Origin: Mobula hypostoma
Taxonomy: Eukaryota
Direction: 5' to 3'
Length of the DNA: 64,000 bases
Assembly: GCF_963921235.1 (NCBI RefSeq)
Contig: NC_086108.1
Coordinates: 64,234,001-64,298,000, forward strand
Shown: positions 62,342 through 64,000 of the stretch, in pieces
Position numbering within the stretch: the stretch's first letter is position 1
How the letters are laid out: each line of letters begins with the position of its first letter
Notes under the pieces: generated by a model
The model's database searches: none
What the model saw: only the letters and a program-made list of their open reading frames with translations
What the model was told of the DNA's origin: nothing
Program-made: the position numbers and the translations under genes

Positions 62342-64000
62342 GAATATTGAAAGATCTAGACAGAGTGGATGTGGAGAAGATGTTTCCTACAGGAGGCGGA
62401 GTCTAGGACCAGAGGGCACAGCATCAGAATGGAAGGACATCCCCTCAGAATAGAGATGAGGAGGAATTTTTTTAGCTAGAGGGTGGTGAAATTTATTGTG
62501 ACAGACAGCTGTGGAGGCCAAGTCAATGGGTATATTTAAAGCAGAGGTTGATAGGTTCTTGATTCGTAAGGGTGTCAAAGGTTCTGGGGAGAAGGTAGGA
62601 GAGTGTAGTTGAGAGAGATAATAAATCAGCTATGATGGAAAGGCAAAGCAGACTCAATAGGTTGAATGGCCTAATTCTGCTCCCACGTCGCATAGTCTTA
62701 TGCTAAACTTATGAAACTTGAATATGATAGAAATACAGCTGATTAAAAACTGGAATCTCTGCTGGATAGGCGCTGGGCATTGCAAATCTCAAAGTCCACA
62801 GCCCGTGGACTTAATGTGATTTATTTACAAATGAGAATTTAGCACAAAAGAAACAAAGAAAAGCAGACAACATAATTTGCGGTTTTGAAGACAGAAAAGA
62901 TATGTGGATATAGAACGTAGGATTTTTTTAATAAACTGTACAATGCTGAGGTAGATTTTTGCTTTCAGGGCGAACCAACTGTCCAACCAACTGTCAAGTG
63001 CATCGACCAGCTGCCTGATGTGTCAGCTGGAGGCTCAGCCCATTTTGAGCACTAGGCTTCATTAACATTTATTTCAGAAGACTGTGTACACTCAGTGAGT
63101 CACTGTGCAGTTTTCTATCTTCAGACCTGTGCAATAGCACAGGGCCCAAAGACTGGTCGAACCATAAAAGTAGGTTGGATTTGTGATCATGGGAAAAGAT
63201 AGGGTTTGTAAACCTGTGCGAATGGCCAGATCCTACTGTATTTCAGAACCATGGAGGAGTTATCTGCAGACCTCCTGAGCTCAGAAAACTATCAAGGTAC
63301 TTTCTATTAATTTGAGTGTTCCATCATGGAAGATGCTCTGTACAGCAATTCATTAACTTGGCACTGGAGTATTACATAAAGATAGGACGATGGTCTGCAC
63401 ATATTAATGAGGCTTGCTGCTGTGTCATTCCACTCCATTGTCCTGTGAAGAAAGGCAATTGTTCGTGATGTCTACCGCAACCACACCTAGAACTGTTCAG
63501 TTTTTACTGGATGAAAAGAACTGACCCTCTTTTTAAATATTATGCCTTTGTGCCCTGGAGAGAGATTAATTGAGAATCTTCTGATGACTAAAATTTCTGC
63601 CTTGATAATTGTAAGCATTGAATCCATGTTTGTCCATGTACAATCTGTGGGAGCTTTGGGATGATTTTGTACAAGTAGGCAATACACTTCAGTAAACCAA
63701 CAAACTGCTCAGCACAGGGCTGGTTCCTACACTTGCAATGTGGGTGACCTTCTAAAGCAGGGGACTTAGAGGATTATTAAGTAGCAGGAGAATTGCTTTG
63801 CATGCATCGTGCATGTGAGATGAATTTCCAAGAATATGAAATTGAAAAACAGCAAAATAAAACAGTGCCTGCAGTTCAGTAGCAAAGCAGTTAAGTGTTC
63901 TGAGTAGCTTCTGTTAGCCAATGCATCTAGCTAACATTGGCATCCCTTGGACGGGTAAACAGAGCATCCAGATTCTATGACTACTGCATAATTTAGCAAT

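Larger units (their letters stand above)
61805..62702 (+). mobile_element. CR1 3' fragment split by a fold-back element
   Basis: DVMLKLYKVLVRSHLKYC, LKRVQRSSRRMISG, GDLIETYRILKD then LDRVDVEKMFP after the insert. Confidence 0.9.

Overview
Vertebrate genomic DNA, most likely a cartilaginous fish (inferred from the repeat mix: abundant CR1 LINEs, Rex1/Babar, V-SINE, and Penelope-like elements carrying hammerhead ribozymes). About 1-45.7 kb and 56-62.7 kb are largely decayed, often nested retroelements. These include a complete but dead Ty3/Gypsy provirus (2924-7362; 233-bp LTRs, GTGGT target duplication) inside a CR1, and a second Gypsy remnant split by a Tx1/L1 element. A roughly 10-kb island with no recognisable repeats (~45.7-55.9 kb) holds the only recognisable host coding sequence: a distal alternative 5' coding exon of a Nuclear Factor I gene (MKVVDSIMAGKPSDSSIKWQLCYDISARTWWM then GTGAGT, NFIA-type), plus candidate promoters and exons. 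The most unusual signals are: (i) two independent ~240-bp fold-back elements, each with a 14-bp target duplication and a 71-80-bp inverted repeat carrying a minimal hammerhead motif on each strand, turning at the same position; (ii) a Gypsy primer-binding-site position that is complementary to the element's own LTR poly(A) region rather than to a tRNA; (iii) uORFs in the NFI exon, one of which ends in an ATGA overlap with the start codon. No prokaryotic systems, CRISPR arrays, rRNA genes or intact tRNA genes were seen. Boundaries of old repeats are approximate, and all family calls are by eye without database searches.
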